A stretch of 64,000 bases of DNA. It comes from Anaeramoeba ignava BMAN (Eukaryota > Protista > Anaeramoebae). A program made the translations under genes and the position numbers. The notes under the pieces are model-generated. The model did no database searches and had not been told where the DNA came from. It saw only the letters and a list, made by a program, of their open reading frames with translations. Below, in pieces: positions 42,913 to 56,027 of this stretch (positions within the stretch are counted from its first letter, which is position 1; the number at the start of each line of letters is the position of its first letter). The stretch covers positions 557,627 to 621,626 of the forward strand of contig JAPDFW010000056.1 of NCBI GenBank assembly GCA_028826165.1. Direction: 5' to 3'.

Positions 42913-45900
42913 TTAATTAAATGGATTAAATTGACTTAATTGATAAAAATCTTCTGTATCTTTTAATTCTTGAATAATTGTTGTTGAATCTTCTTTTGGA
43001 TTTAAATTAAATTCTCCAAAATAAAAGTAATGAATAAGTTGTTCAAGACTTTTTTTGCTTTTGCCACTATAATCTTTAACAGAATTTGAATCATCTTGAA
43101 CATTCAAAAACATTTCTCTAAATAAATTTGATCTTGAAATTAAAATCAATTTATGAACTTTGATTTCTGAAGAATCATCACAAATAATTTTGAAATCTGT
43201 TTTTTCAATCTTTTCCAAATAAAGATTAACAAGATCTTTTTTAATTCCTGATTCATCTTTTTTATTTTCTATCCAATTTTTATCAAATCCTAATTCTTGT
43301 AAAATAGATTGAATTTTCTTTTCATTTTGAATTTGGGAAAAATCATTTGGATTTTTTAAATATTCTTGAAATAATTCTTGAGAATCAGAATCTTCAAAAT
43401 TAAATTGGGTTGCTTTCCAATAAAATGAAAAGAATGGATGATTTACTTCAATTAAATTCCATTCATCTTTTTGAAATGAATCCAAATCAAGAGTAGAAAT
43501 TGGATTAATCATTCCAGTATAAATAAAAATCAAGAAAGGAATAACTTGATTTTCAGTTTTTGATGATAAAATTTGATTAATTTTTGTTAAAATTGATTGA
43601 TCATTATCAAATCTCATCAATAAAATTAATTTATGAACTTGGATATTTCCATCTAAATGATTTATTGTGAAATCGCAAAATTCTTGTCTCAAAAATAAAT
43701 TTAATAGATCAAATTGTAAGTTTTTAGAAAGAATTGGGAATTCAAATCTGAAAATTCCACTTATAATAATTGGAGAAAATTCGTTATCTTTGATATATTC
43801 TATTACAAAATCTTGTATAATATCTTTTTCTCGAATAAAATCTGCTTCCAATTCAGAAATTCCTGAATATGTTGATGATAAATTGTATATAAAATTAGAA
43901 TTAGGAATAAGAATGGGTTTTGATTCTTTTAATGATAAAATCATAAATTTATCAGTTTCCAAAGGAGTAACAATGGGAGGAAGACTCCATAAAAATTGAA
44001 CTTTATCTCCAACATTGATTCTATTCAAAATCTTGATTCCAACAAAGTTAATTGGTTCAATTATTATTGGTGATTGACAAATGATTAATTTATAATGAGA
44101 GTAATATCCAATGATAAATTCCTCTTCAATAATGCCACCTCCAAATTGTATTTTGATTTCTCTTTCTGCTTTTTTTTCACATTTCTCATTTTTACAAATT
44201 ATTTGAAAATGTTTTGGTAATTCTTTATCTTTGGATTGGAATTGTGATTTAAAGAAAATTATTTGATCATTTTGATTAGCTTCATAACTATTTGGTAATT
44301 GCCAAGATATTTTTATTGTATCTCCAATTCTTGATTTTTTTGTTGATAGATTAATTCTTCCTTTTATAGAAATAACTTTAATTTCTTGACTCTTTATTAA
44401 TGAATTGTATTGATTATTTGGAAGATATCTAAATTCAAATATTTGATTTTCATCTGTAATATAATTCCCAATTTCAAATGTTAATTTTTCTTTTCTTAAT
44501 TTTGTTGAATTATATTGTTTATTCAAAAAAGAATTATTTGGAGAATCTTTCAAAAATAAACCAATCCAATCTGTATTATTTGGATTAAAATATTCAGGAA
44601 GTTCCCATTCAATATTAATTGAATCTCCAAATGAAATTTCATTTTTGGAAATTGATAACTTGAAATCTTTAATATTAAAGTTTTTAACTTTAATTTCTTG
44701 ACTCTTTATTAATGAATTGTATTGATTATTTGGAAGATATCTAAATTCAAATATTTGATTTTGATCTGTAATATAATTCCCTATTTTAACATTTTTTTTC
44801 CCTTTTCTTAATTTTGTTGAATTAAATAATCTAACCAAAAAAGAATTATTTGGAGAATCTTTCAAAAATAAACCAATCCAATCTGTATTATTTGGATTAA
44901 AATATTCAGGAAATTCCCATTCAATATTAATTGAATCTTCAAATGAAATTTCATTTTTGGAAATTGATAACTTGAAATCTTTAATATTAAAGTTTTTAAC
45001 TTTAATTTCTTGACTCTTTATTAATGAATTATATTGATTATTTGGAAGATATCTAAATTCAAATATTTGATTTTCATCTGTAATATAATTCCCAATTTCA
45101 AATTTTAATTTTTCTTTTCTCAATTTTGTTGAATTAAATTGTTTATTCAAAAAAGAATTATTTGGAGAATCTTTCAAAAATAAACCAATCCAATCTGTAT
45201 TATTTGGATTAAAATATTCAGGAAATTCCCATTCAATATCAATTGAATCTTCAAATGAAATTTCATTTTTGGAAATTGATAACTTGAAATCTTTTGGTTC
45301 ATCAACTTCAAAATGAGAAGAAGTAATCAACATTTTATTTTCATCTGAATTTTTGGGATGAGAAAAGTATTTAACAATAAATGAATGAATTTGGTTTTCA
45401 TTTGTATTTTCTGTTTCAACTTTTTTCTTTTTCAAAATTGGATCTAAATGAAAATCAATAAGACCAAATCTTGAAAGTGAGGTATTGAATTTTTCTATCA
45501 AAGGTTTTTGTGGTAAATCATTTAAATTTGAATAAGGATTGTAATCAAAAAGTGAAATTGAATCTAAAATATTTGGATTGTAACCATCAGGTAATTTAAA
45601 TTGAATATAAAGTGGAAATCCAAATAATGGATTTTTTGTTATAATTTCAATTCCTTCATTTTCAAATAATTGAAATCTGAATGGTTTGCTGATACCTTGA
45701 ATATTATGACCATTTGAGAAATATCTAAATTGAAAATTATCAAGAAAATTGATTTTTTGGAAATCTTTGATTTGGAAAAACATTGAACCTTTTCTATTAA
45801 TCTGAGTAATATTTTTTTGTTCAATATATTTTAAGTTATTTGATTTTTCATAAAATAAACCAATCCAACTATTATTTTTAGGCATATCAATTTCTTCAGA

Positions 45901-46617
45901 AAATTCCCATGAAATTTCAATTAATTCTCCAAATAAAAAATTATCTTTAGATAGAATAAGATTTGTTTCTGGGATTTTGGTGTTAATGAAAAAAGATTCA
46001 CTTTTGGCTATTGTTTGTTGAGTGTATGAAACATATCTAAATTCAAATTCTTGATCATTTCCATATTTAATATATTCTTCAATATAAAAAGTACATTTTC
46101 CACTTTTTTGTGTATATGGATTAATTTGAGAATCCAAAGGATTGCTATTTAAAGAACTTTTCAAAAATAAACCAATTGTGTCATTAGGTCCAATCATACA
46201 TTCTTCCCTATCTAAATATTCGGGATAATAACCATTAGGTACATATAAATCAGGTAATTTCCATTTTATTTCAATTTGTTTTTCATTAATTTCTTCAATA
46301 GTAATTTTAGGTTTTTTAAGTGTAATAATTTCAAAAACTTCAGAAGAAAGAATTGATTTTGATTTATTTTCTATTAAATATCTAGCTTGTAATTTTTTAT
46401 TCATTATTTGGGAATATTCAATACGAAGAGATATTTTTCCTTCTAAATTTGATTTGAAATTATAACTATAAGTTATAGAATGTTGATTTGTTGATTTATA
46501 ATCATAAAGACCAATTATATCTGTTGATTTTGGTTCAAATTCTTCTGGAAGTTTCCATTCAATAATAATTTCATTTTCATTTTTGAATTTAACTTGAATA
46601 AAATATTTTTTACTCAT
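42913..46617 (-). CDS. Multi-SKICH-like domain protein with two C-terminal BTB domains
   Basis: Repeated W..P......DWIGLF...FEFRY modules (SKICH-like). C-terminal FCDFTI...VHKLIL and TDFKIIC...VHKLILISRSNLFREMF. First ATG is at 46617. Confidence 0.75.
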   Translation of the reverse strand: MSKKYFIQVKFKNENEIIIEWKLPEEFEPKSTDIIGLYDYKSTNQHSITYSYNFKSNLEGKISLRIEYSQIMNKKLQARYLIENKSKSILSSEVFEIITLKKPKITIEEINEKQIEIKWKLPDLYVPNGYYPEYLDREECMIGPNDTIGLFLKSSLNSNPLDSQINPYTQKSGKCTFYIEEYIKYGNDQEFEFRYVSYTQQTIAKSESFFINTKIPETNLILSKDNFLFGELIEISWEFSEEIDMPKNNSWIGLFYEKSNNLKYIEQKNITQINRKGSMFFQIKDFQKINFLDNFQFRYFSNGHNIQGISKPFRFQLFENEGIEIITKNPLFGFPLYIQFKLPDGYNPNILDSISLFDYNPYSNLNDLPQKPLIEKFNTSLSRFGLIDFHLDPILKKKKVETENTNENQIHSFIVKYFSHPKNSDENKMLITSSHFEVDEPKDFKLSISKNEISFEDSIDIEWEFPEYFNPNNTDWIGLFLKDSPNNSFLNKQFNSTKLRKEKLKFEIGNYITDENQIFEFRYLPNNQYNSLIKSQEIKVKNFNIKDFKLSISKNEISFEDSINIEWEFPEYFNPNNTDWIGLFLKDSPNNSFLVRLFNSTKLRKGKKNVKIGNYITDQNQIFEFRYLPNNQYNSLIKSQEIKVKNFNIKDFKLSISKNEISFGDSINIEWELPEYFNPNNTDWIGLFLKDSPNNSFLNKQYNSTKLRKEKLTFEIGNYITDENQIFEFRYLPNNQYNSLIKSQEIKVISIKGRINLSTKKSRIGDTIKISWQLPNSYEANQNDQIIFFKSQFQSKDKELPKHFQIICKNEKCEKKAEREIKIQFGGGIIEEEFIIGYYSHYKLIICQSPIIIEPINFVGIKILNRINVGDKVQFLWSLPPIVTPLETDKFMILSLKESKPILIPNSNFIYNLSSTYSGISELEADFIREKDIIQDFVIEYIKDNEFSPIIISGIFRFEFPILSKNLQFDLLNLFLRQEFCDFTINHLDGNIQVHKLILLMRFDNDQSILTKINQILSSKTENQVIPFLIFIYTGMINPISTLDLDSFQKDEWNLIEVNHPFFSFYWKATQFNFEDSDSQELFQEYLKNPNDFSQIQNEKKIQSILQELGFDKNWIENKKDESGIKKDLVNLYLEKIEKTDFKIICDDSSEIKVHKLILISRSNLFREMFLNVQDDSNSVKDYSGKSKKSLEQLIHYFYFGEFNLNPKEDSTTIIQELKDTEDFYQLSQFNPFN

Positions 46618-46699
46618 TTCCAAAAAGAAAAAATGAAAAAAAAAATTTTTTTTTTAATAATTAATCAATAAGGAATAAGAACTTTTTTTTTCAATAATT

Positions 46700-49600
46700 A
46701 ATTTATAAATTATTTTAAAATATAATTTTATTAATATTTCCAAATTAATTTATTATTTATTATTATTTAATTTTATATATATTTATTAATTAAAATATTT
46801 TAATAAATTTATTTTAATATTTAATTAATAATTTATTTATTATTTATTTATAATTTATTTTAAAATATAATTTTATTAATATTTTCAAATTAATTTATTA
46901 TTTATTATTATTTAATTTTATATATATTTATTAATTAAAATATTTTAATTAATTTATTTTAATATTTAATTAATAATTTATTTATTATTTATTAATTTAT
47001 TTAAAATATAATTTTATTAATATTTTCAAATTAATTTTTATTATTTATTTAATTTTTATATATATTTATTAATTAAAATATTTTAATTTATTTTATTTTA
47101 ATATTTTAATTAATAAATTATTTTATTTTATTTATAATTTATTAATTTTCAAAATATAATTTTATTTATTTTTTTAAATTTTTAATTTATTATTATTTAT
47201 TATTTATTTAATTTTTATATTTATTAATTAAAAATATTTTTAATAAATTTATTTTAATAATTTAATTAATAATTTATTTATTATTTATTTATAACAATTT
47301 TAAAATATAATTTTATTAATATTTTCAAATTAATTTATTATTTATTATTATTTTAATTTTTAAAATAAATTAATTAAATTTTTTTTATTTAATTTATTTT
47401 AATATTTAATTTTTAATTTATTTATTATTTATTTATTTAATTTTTTTAATTTTATATAATATTTTCAAATTTTTATTATTTATTATTATTTAATTTTTAT
47501 AAATTTATTTATTTTTAAAATTATTTAATAAATTAATAAATAAAATTTATTTATTATTTATTTATTATTTATTTATAAATTTATTTTAAAATATAATTTT
47601 ATTAATATTTTCAAATTAATTTATTATTTATTATTATTTAATTTTATATATATTTATTAATTAAAATATTTTAATAAATTTATTTTAATATTTAATTAAT
47701 AAATTATTTATTATTTATTTATAATTTATTTCAAAATATAATTTTATTAATATTTTCAAATTAATTTATTATTTATTATTATTTAATTTTTATATTATTT
47801 ATTAATTAAAATATTTTTAATATATTTATTTTTATATTTAATTAATAAATTTATTTTTTTTAAAATATAATTTTATTAATATTTTCCAAATTAATTTATT
47901 ATTTATTATTATTTATTTTATATTTATTAATTAAAATATTTTAATAAATTTATTTTATTATTTAATTAATATTATTTATTTATTTTATAATTTATTTTAA
48001 AATATAATTTTATTAATATTTCCAAATTAATTTATTATTTATTATTATTTAATTTTTATATATATTTATTAATTAAAATATTTTAATAAATTTATTTTAT
48101 TATTTAATTAATAAATTATTTATTATTTATTTATAATTTATTTTAAAATATAATTTTATTAATATTTTCCAAATTAAATTTATTATTTTATTATTATTTA
48201 ATTTTTATATATATTTATTAATTAAAATATTTTTAATAAATTTATTTTAATATTTAATTAATAATTTATTTATTATTTATTTATAATTTTATTTTAAAAT
48301 ATAATTTTATTAATATTTTCAAATTAATTTATTATTTATTATTATTTAATTTTATATATATATTTATTAATTAAAATATTTTAATAAATTTTATTTTAAT
48401 ATTTAATTAATAAATTATTTATTATTTATTTATAATTTATTTTCAAAATATAATTTTATTAATATTTTCCAAATTAATTTATTATTTATTATTATTTAAT
48501 TTTATATATATTTATTAATTAAAATATTTTAATAAATTTATTTTTAATATTTAATTAATAAATTATTTATTATTTATTTATAATTTATTTTAAAAATATA
48601 ATTTTATTAATATTTTCAAATTAATTTATTATTTATTATTATTTAATTTTATATATATTTATTAATTAAAATATTTTAATAAATTTATTTTAATATTTAA
48701 TTAATAAATTATTTATTATTTATTTATAATTTATTTTCAAAATATAATTTTATTAATATTTCCAAATTAATTTATTATTTATTATTATTTAATTTTATAT
48801 ATATTTATTAATTAAAAATATTTTAATAAATTTATTTTAATATTTAATTAATAAATTATTTATTATTTATTTATAATTTATTTCAAAATATAATTTTATT
48901 AATATTTTCAAATTAATTTATTATTTATTATTATTTAATTTTTATATATATTTATTAATTAAAATATTTTAATAAATTTATTTTAATATTTAATTAATAA
49001 ATTATTTATTATTTATTTATAATTTATTTTTAAAATATAATTTTCAAATTAATTTATTATTTATTATTATTTAATTTTTTATATATATTTATTAATTAAA
49101 ATATTTTAATAAATTTATTTTTAATATTTAATTAATAAATTATTTATTATTTATTTATAATTTATTTTAAAATATAATTTTATTAATATTTTTCAAATTA
49201 AATTATTATTTATTATTATTTAATTTTATATATATATTTATTAATTAAAATATTTTAATAAATTTATTTTTAATATTTAATTAATAAATTATTTATTATT
49301 TATTTATAATTTATTTTAAAATATAATTTTATTAATATTTTCCAAATTAATTTATTATTTATTATTATTTATTTTTATTTATATTTATTAATTAAAATAT
49401 TTTAATAAATTTATTTTAATATTTAATTAATAAACTATTTATTATTTATTTATAATTTATTCTAAAATATAATTTTATTAATATTTCCAAATTAAATTAT
49501 TATTTATTATTATTTAATTTTATATATATTTATTAATTAAAATATTTTAATAAATTTATTTTATTATTTAATTAATAAATTATTTATTATTTATTTATAA

Positions 49601-50690
49601 TTTATTTTAAAATATAATTTTATTAATATTTCCAAATTAATTTATTATTTATTATTATTTAATTTTATATATATTTATTAATTAAAATATTTTAATAAAT
49701 TTATTTTTAATATTTAATTAATAAATTATTTATTATTTATTTATAAATTATTTCAAAATATAATTTTATTAATATTTCCAAATTAATTTATTATTTATTA
49801 TTATTTAATTTTATATATATTTATTAATTAAAAATATTTTAATAAATTTATTTTAATATTTAATTAATAATTTATTTATTTATTTATTTATAATTTATTT
49901 TTAAAATATAATTTTATTAATATTTCCAAATTAAATTTATTATTTATTATTATTTAATTTTATATATATTTATTAATTAAAATATTTTAATAGAATTTAT
50001 TTTTATTATTTAATTAATAAATTTATTTATTATTTATTTATAATTTATTTTAAAATATAATTTTATTAATATTTTCAAATTAATTTATTATTTTATTATT
50101 ATTTAATTTTATATATATTTATTAATTAAAATATTTTAATAAATTTATTTTATTAATTAATTAATAATTTATTTATTATTTATTTATAATTTATTTTAAA
50201 ATATAATTTTTATTAATATTTTCAAATTAAATTATTATTTATTATTATTTAATTTTATATATATTTATTAATTAAAATATTTTAATAAATTTATTTTTAA
50301 TATTTAATTAATAAACTATTTATTATTTATTTATAATTTATTTTAAAATATAATTTTATTAATATTTTCCAAATTAAATTATTATTTATTATTATTTAAT
50401 TTTATATATATTTATTAATTAAAATATTTTAATAAATTTATTTTATTATTTAATTAATAAATTATTTATTATTTATTTATAATTTATTTTAAAATATAAT
50501 TTTATTAATATTTCCAAATTAAATTTATTATTTATTATTATTTAATTTTATATATATTTATTAATTAAAATATTTTAATAAATTTATTTTAATATTTAAT
50601 TAATAAATTTATTTATTATTTATTTATAATTTATTTTAAAATATAATTTTATTAATATTTCCAAATTAAATTATTATTTATTATAATTTA
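46700..50690. repeat. ~145-150-bp almost pure A/T tandem satellite
   Basis: Recurring AAAATATAATTTTATTAATATTTCCAAATTAATTTATTATTT unit. It has essentially no G and no splice-site core. Confidence 0.9.
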
Positions 50691-50727
50691 ATTTTTTTCA
50701 TTTTTTTCATTTTTTTTTAAAATAATT

Positions 50728-51373
50728 ATGATAGATTTTAATGAAACAAAATTAATTGAAGTAAATTATTTTTAATTAATTAAATTAAGTTAAAATTAAT
50801 TTTTTAAAAAAAAAATAAAAAGAAAGAAGAGGAAAATGATATAAAAAATTTACCTAATTTTCGTTATTTGAAAATGAAAAATCTACAAATTCAAAATATT
50901 TCTCAAAATTCTAATAAAGAAATTCTTAATAGAAAAGCTATTCAATTATTAAATTCATTAGAAAGATATAATATTAAAAATTTATCTAATCCTTTAGATG
51001 TTTTTTTAAATTCAAAAAAATATCAAAACCAATTAAAAAATTCAAAAGAAGATGAAATTAATGATCTTTTTTATCAACTTTATTCAAAAATTCAATGGAT
51101 TGATAATTTAAATCAAAAAACAAATCAAGATATTATTGATAAACAAATTCAAATTAATCAACTTAAACATAATATTTTCTTTTCTGAAAAAAAATATAAA
51201 CAAAAAAAATATCAAGTAAAAAAATTTTTAATTTAAATTTTTAATTTTTAATTTTTAATTTTTTTAATTTAGGATTTTGGTTATTTATTAATGAAGATTT
51301 TTTATTGGATTTTAATTCTTTTAATTTTTCCAACATTTTTGATAATTTTATTATGTTTTCTTTAAATAAATAA
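50728..51373 (+). CDS. Hypothetical coiled-coil protein; exons 50728-50760, 50823-51215, 51273-51373
   Basis: ATG follows the TTTTCA promoter-like motif. Two phase-0 GT-AG introns keep the frame. Confidence 0.55.
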
Positions 51374-51430
51374 AAAATTTAAATTTTTCATTTTTTTAAA
51401 TTTTCATTTTTTTTTAAATTTTTTAAAAAT

Positions 51431-52150
51431 ATGGAATTATTTTTTGATGAACAAGCATTATCTTTAATGGAATTATATTCAAGTTTTAGAAATGATATGG
51501 TTGTTCTTTATGAAAGAAAAGAAAAATGTGATTTAATATTTCAAGCAACAAATGGATCAATTCCAGTTCATTCATCAATTTTATTTGCAAGATTAAATAA
51601 TATTCCAATAGAAACACTTTCCAAAGTTTTTGGATTTAGAGAAAAAAGAGAAATTGATATTTTTTTTAAATGGATTTATGGAGGTTTAATTGATTCAAAT
51701 GAAGAAAATGATATTATTAATGAAATTGGAATTGAAATTGGATTAAATGAAGAATTAATAAAACAAAAAACAGGAATAGATAAATTGAAAGAAGAAATAT
51801 CATTTTTATATTTTGATGATGAAGGAAAAGATTTCACTATAATTTCTGGTGATTCCTCTGTAAAAATTCATTCTTCAATGCTTTTGGCAAGAAGTGATCT
51901 TTATCGAGGAATGTTATTAATGTGTAACGATGACTCAAATAAAGTTACAGATTATAGTGGATTAAGTATTCAAGCTCTTCAAACTTTAATTCATTTTATT
52001 TATTTTGATGAAATTTTGGAAAATGTTCCAATTTCTGTTCTTAAAGAATTGAAATATATTGAAGATTATTTTCAATTATCTTTAAGTTCAAGTTTAGTAT
52101 TAAAAATTAATGAAATTCTTGAAGAAAGAAAATTAGAAATTAAAAAATAG
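51431..52150 (+). CDS. Tandem BTB/POZ domain protein
   Basis: CDLIF...IPVHSSILFAR and KDFTII...KIHSSMLLARSDLYRGM. Confidence 0.8.
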   Translation: MELFFDEQALSLMELYSSFRNDMVVLYERKEKCDLIFQATNGSIPVHSSILFARLNNIPIETLSKVFGFREKREIDIFFKWIYGGLIDSNEENDIINEIGIEIGLNEELIKQKTGIDKLKEEISFLYFDDEGKDFTIISGDSSVKIHSSMLLARSDLYRGMLLMCNDDSNKVTDYSGLSIQALQTLIHFIYFDEILENVPISVLKELKYIEDYFQLSLSSSLVLKINEILEERKLEIKK

Positions 52151-52193
52151 AAAGAAAATTAAAAATTAATTTATTTTTGTTTTTGTTTGTTTT

Positions 52194-53714
52194 TTAAATG
52201 AAAAAACATTCAAGTTCTTCAATTATCCAATCTTTATAAGAACCTGCTAAATAACTTTTAGATTCTTCTGTTCCATAAATAATTCCATTTGGAAGATTAA
52301 AAGTATGTCCAAAATCACTCCAACCTGGTTGAAGATTTCCATATAAACGAATATCATATCCTGCTCCAAATACTGGACCAAAAGTGGGAATATATTCAAT
52401 TCCATTTGTTTTGCCACTTTTAATTGAAAATTTTTGAGGAGGATCTTTTTTTGGATTTTTCAAAGTGAAAATAAAAGCATCAGGATCAGCAATAAATCTT
52501 TGATTTCCAGTAATAAATCCAACTTTTGTAAATCCTCCAAAAATATAATTCTCAGTTGTTTTGATAATAATTAATGTTTTTCCTTTGTCATCGCAATGGG
52601 AATGAAAAGGTTTATAAGAAAATCCATCTCTTCTTGCTGAAAATCCCAATTTCATTTTGGAAAAGAATTCACTATCATTCAACCATTCTTTTAATTTCTT
52701 GATATGATCTGGATCTTTAATAATGGATGATTTTATCACCACTCTTGAATTGAAAATTAATGAAATGTGATTTGTTTCTGATTGATAGTGCTCGATAAAA
52801 TCTCTTAGTTTTTGAGGTATTTTTTCATTACTAATTTTTTGGAATTCAATCATTTTTTGAGAAATTTGATTTGGAATTAAATCACTTTTTAGAGTTTTTT
52901 TCAATTCTTTTTTTGATAAATCAATAAATCTAATTTTGTGAATAACATTTGAAATTTGATTTTGCAATTGTTCCTTTTCTTGTTTCTTTATTTTTCCTTT
53001 TTGTGAGAAATTTAGTTTATGTCTTCCCCATTTGATTATTGATTCAAAAAGCTCAAATTCGTTTATTAAAATTTGATCGTTTGATAAAATTATATTTAGA
53101 TGATTTTCTTCGAGTTCAAGAAAAAAAGGAGTTTTGATAAATTCTTTAAAATTTTGTGAAATGAATTTAAAACAAGAATCTATTAATTGATTAAAATCCA
53201 TTGATTCAGATAATTTAAGAAGATCAACAACAGTTTCAATTTGAAGATTATTTTTGATAAAATTAGAACAGAAAATTATTAATTCATCAATTAAATATCT
53301 TGAAGAAAACATTAAAATTTCAATTGCATTTTCTAAATTAATTTCAATTTTTCCTGAATAAAAATAATTTAAAATTGAAGATAGAATTGAACTTGAAACA
53401 TCTTTTAGAATTAATTTATTTTCTTGAAATTCTTTCATTTTGGATCTGAAAAGAGATTTAAAATATTCACTTCTTGAAGAAAGAATTGATTTATGAGTTT
53501 TAAATAAAATTTGATTTTTTTCTTGATTTTGTTGATAAACCATTTCAAAATCATTAAAATTTTCTTCTTTTATTGATTTTATTGAAAAAGTTTTTTTATT
53601 TTCTTCACAAATTATTTCAAAATCATTAAAATTTTCTTCATTTGAATTTAAAGATTTAGAAAATAAATCTTCTAAATCTTTTGAGAGTTTATCTGTATTT
53701 GAATAAATTTGCAT
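52194..53714 (-). CDS. BTB-BACK-TLDc protein
   Basis: FKTHKSILSSRSEYFKSLF (BTB), BACK helices and FSARRDGFS...FHSHCDDKGKTLIIIKT...IFGGFT...GPVFG (TLDc). Confidence 0.88.
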   Translation of the reverse strand: MQIYSNTDKLSKDLEDLFSKSLNSNEENFNDFEIICEENKKTFSIKSIKEENFNDFEMVYQQNQEKNQILFKTHKSILSSRSEYFKSLFRSKMKEFQENKLILKDVSSSILSSILNYFYSGKIEINLENAIEILMFSSRYLIDELIIFCSNFIKNNLQIETVVDLLKLSESMDFNQLIDSCFKFISQNFKEFIKTPFFLELEENHLNIILSNDQILINEFELFESIIKWGRHKLNFSQKGKIKKQEKEQLQNQISNVIHKIRFIDLSKKELKKTLKSDLIPNQISQKMIEFQKISNEKIPQKLRDFIEHYQSETNHISLIFNSRVVIKSSIIKDPDHIKKLKEWLNDSEFFSKMKLGFSARRDGFSYKPFHSHCDDKGKTLIIIKTTENYIFGGFTKVGFITGNQRFIADPDAFIFTLKNPKKDPPQKFSIKSGKTNGIEYIPTFGPVFGAGYDIRLYGNLQPGWSDFGHTFNLPNGIIYGTEESKSYLAGSYKDWIIEELECFFI

Positions 53715-53721
53715 ATTTAAA

Positions 53722-53792
53722 AATGAGAAAAATGAGAAAAAATGAAAAATGAAAAATGAAAAATGAAAAATGAAAAATGAAAAATGAAAAAA
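53722..53792 (-). promoter_or_regulatory. Tandem TTTTTCA (Inr-like) motif upstream of ATG; representative of a motif before most genes
   Basis: (TTTTTCA)n lies on the coding strand shortly upstream of the start codon here and at most other genes in the window. Confidence 0.55.
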
Positions 53793-53817
53793 AATTTTTA
53801 TTTAAAATTCAATTGAA

Positions 53818-54491
53818 TTATAAATCAAAATCATCTTCTGATTTATTCTCTTTATTTAATTCATTTCCTCGATTAATTATATTTTGATTTTGATTTTCAA
53901 TTAAATTTTGATTTTGATTTTGATTTTGATTTTGATTTTGATTTTGATTTTGATTTTGATTTTGATAATAATTTTGATAATAATTTTGATTTTGATTTTG
54001 ATTTTGATTTTGATTTTGATTTTGATAAAGAAGAGGTCGATTTTCATTTTGATTTTGATTCTGTTTTAAATATTTTGGATATCCATATTCAAACATTCTT
54101 TTTAATTTTAAAAAATAAATTTTTGGATTAATTTTTTTAAAAATAAAAATTTCTTTTCTTTTTAAATTTTCTTTTTAAATTTTCTTTTTAAATTTTCTTT
54201 TTACTCTTTTTTGGTTTGATAATGAAGAAATGAAACTACAAACCAATAACAAGGTGTGTAAAGCATAAAAAATCCTCCAATAGCCATTAAAGCTATAGAT
54301 GGAATTATCGTTCCTAAAATAATTAAAACAACTGCAATCTATTTTTTTTTTAATTTTTTATTTAATTTTTCATTTATTCAATAAAAAAAAATTATGTCAA
54401 AAAATTTTACAGAAAAAGTTATAAAAGAACACACAAAAAAATGAAAATTTGTTGTTCCCATAAGAGTTTTAAAACTTGTATCAGGAAACAT
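53818..54491 (-). CDS. Small membrane protein with N/Q tail (paralog 1), three exons
   Basis: MFPDTSFKTLMGTTNFHFFVCSFITFS / IAVVLIILGTIIPSIALMAIGGFFMLY... / ...EYGYPKYLKQNQ. Junctions are approximate. Confidence 0.5.
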
Positions 54492-54589
54492 TTTAATTGA
54501 AAAAAAGAAAGAAAAAATGAAAAAAAAATGAAATTTCGAAATGAATTTTTTCCTTTATTTTAATTTTTTTGGATCAAAAAAGAATTTAA

Positions 54590-55055
54590 AATAATTTGGA
54601 AATAAAATAATTTGGAAATAATTTAATTTTGAAATAATAATTTGGGAATAAAATAATTTAGAAATAATTTAATTTAGAAATTAAATAATTTTGAAATTCA
54701 ATAATTTTGAAATAATTTAGAAATAATTTAATTTAGAAATAAAATAATTTAGAAATAAAATAATTTGGAAATAATAATTTGGGAATAAAATAATTTGGAA
54801 GTAAAATAATTTAGAAATAATTTAGAAATAATTTGGAAATAATTTAATTTAGAAATAAAATAATTTGGAAATAAAATAATTTTGAAATAAAATAATTTGG
54901 GAATAAAATAATTTGGAAATAATTTTGAAATAAAATAATTTTGAAATAAAATAATTTGGAAGTAAAATAATTTGGAAATAATTTAATTTTGAAATAAAAT
55001 AATTTAGAAATAAAATAATTTTGAAATAAAATAATTTGGAAATAAAATAATTTTG
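54590..55055. repeat. ~15-bp repeat (GAAATAAAATAATTT)
   Basis: Visible tandem repeat. Confidence 0.7.
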
Positions 55056-55059
55056 AAAT

Positions 55060-56027
55060 TCAATTTTGATTTTGAAATTGATTTTGATTTTGATTTTGAT
55101 TTTGATTTTGAAGAAATTGTTGAAATTGTTGAAATTGTTGAAATTGTTGAAATTGATTTTGATTTTGATTTTGATTTTGATTTTGATTTTGATTTTGATT
55201 TTGATTTTGATTTTGATTTTTATTTTGATTTCAAAGAAATTGTTGAAATTGTTGAAATTGTTGAAATTGTTGAAATTGTTTAAATTGATTTTGAAATTGA
55301 TTTTGATTTTGATTTTGATTTTGATTTTGATTTGGAATTTGATTTTGAATTGGTTTTGAATTGGAATTTGATTTGGAATTGGTTGATATTGATATTGATT
55401 TCGAATTGGAATCTTTTTTTGATTTTGAATTTGTTGATAATATAAACCAAATTGTTTTGATCCAAAAACATCTTTTATTCTTTTTTATTTTATTTTTTGT
55501 TTAAATTAAAATTAAATAAATGAATTGATTTTGATTTTGATTTAAATTTTGATTTTGATTTTGATTTTGATTTTGATTTTGATTTTGATTTTGATTTTGA
55601 TTTTGATTTTGATTTTGATTTTTGATTTTGATTTTGATTTTGATTTTGATTTTGATTTTGATTTTGATTTTGGAAAGTAATTAAATTAATTAAATTAAAT
55701 AAATTTTACTGATATGTTCGAGTACAAAATACTGAAAGTATAACCAAAACAAATATAATTGATAATGCAAAAATTCCTGTACCAATATAACCTAATTCAT
55801 AAACTGCTCCACTATATCCAATACCTCCTAAAACAATTCCAATCTAAATCATTTATATTTTTTTTTAAAAATAAAATAAAAATTTTATTTTAAATTCTTC
55901 TTTTATTTTACAAAAAAATAAATCCAAAAAAATAAAAAACAAAAACACAAACTATCAAAAACAAAGCACAAACTCCAAGAAATTGTGCATTTGATTTGCC
56001 AACAAGTGTTTTAAATGATGTATCCAT
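55060..56027 (-). CDS. Small membrane protein with N/Q tail (paralog 2); 3' end uncertain
   Basis: MDTSFKTLVGKSNAQFLGVCALFLIV / IGIVLGGIGYSGAVYELGYIGTGIFALSIIFVLVILSVFCTRTY. Shares DTSFKTLxG with the neighbouring gene. Confidence 0.45.

Noticed and set aside
46700-50690. Hidden microexons in the other satellites (also 2245-4850 and family A)
   Set aside because: No periodic AG-NNN-GT on either strand and no variable slot. These arrays serve as negative controls.
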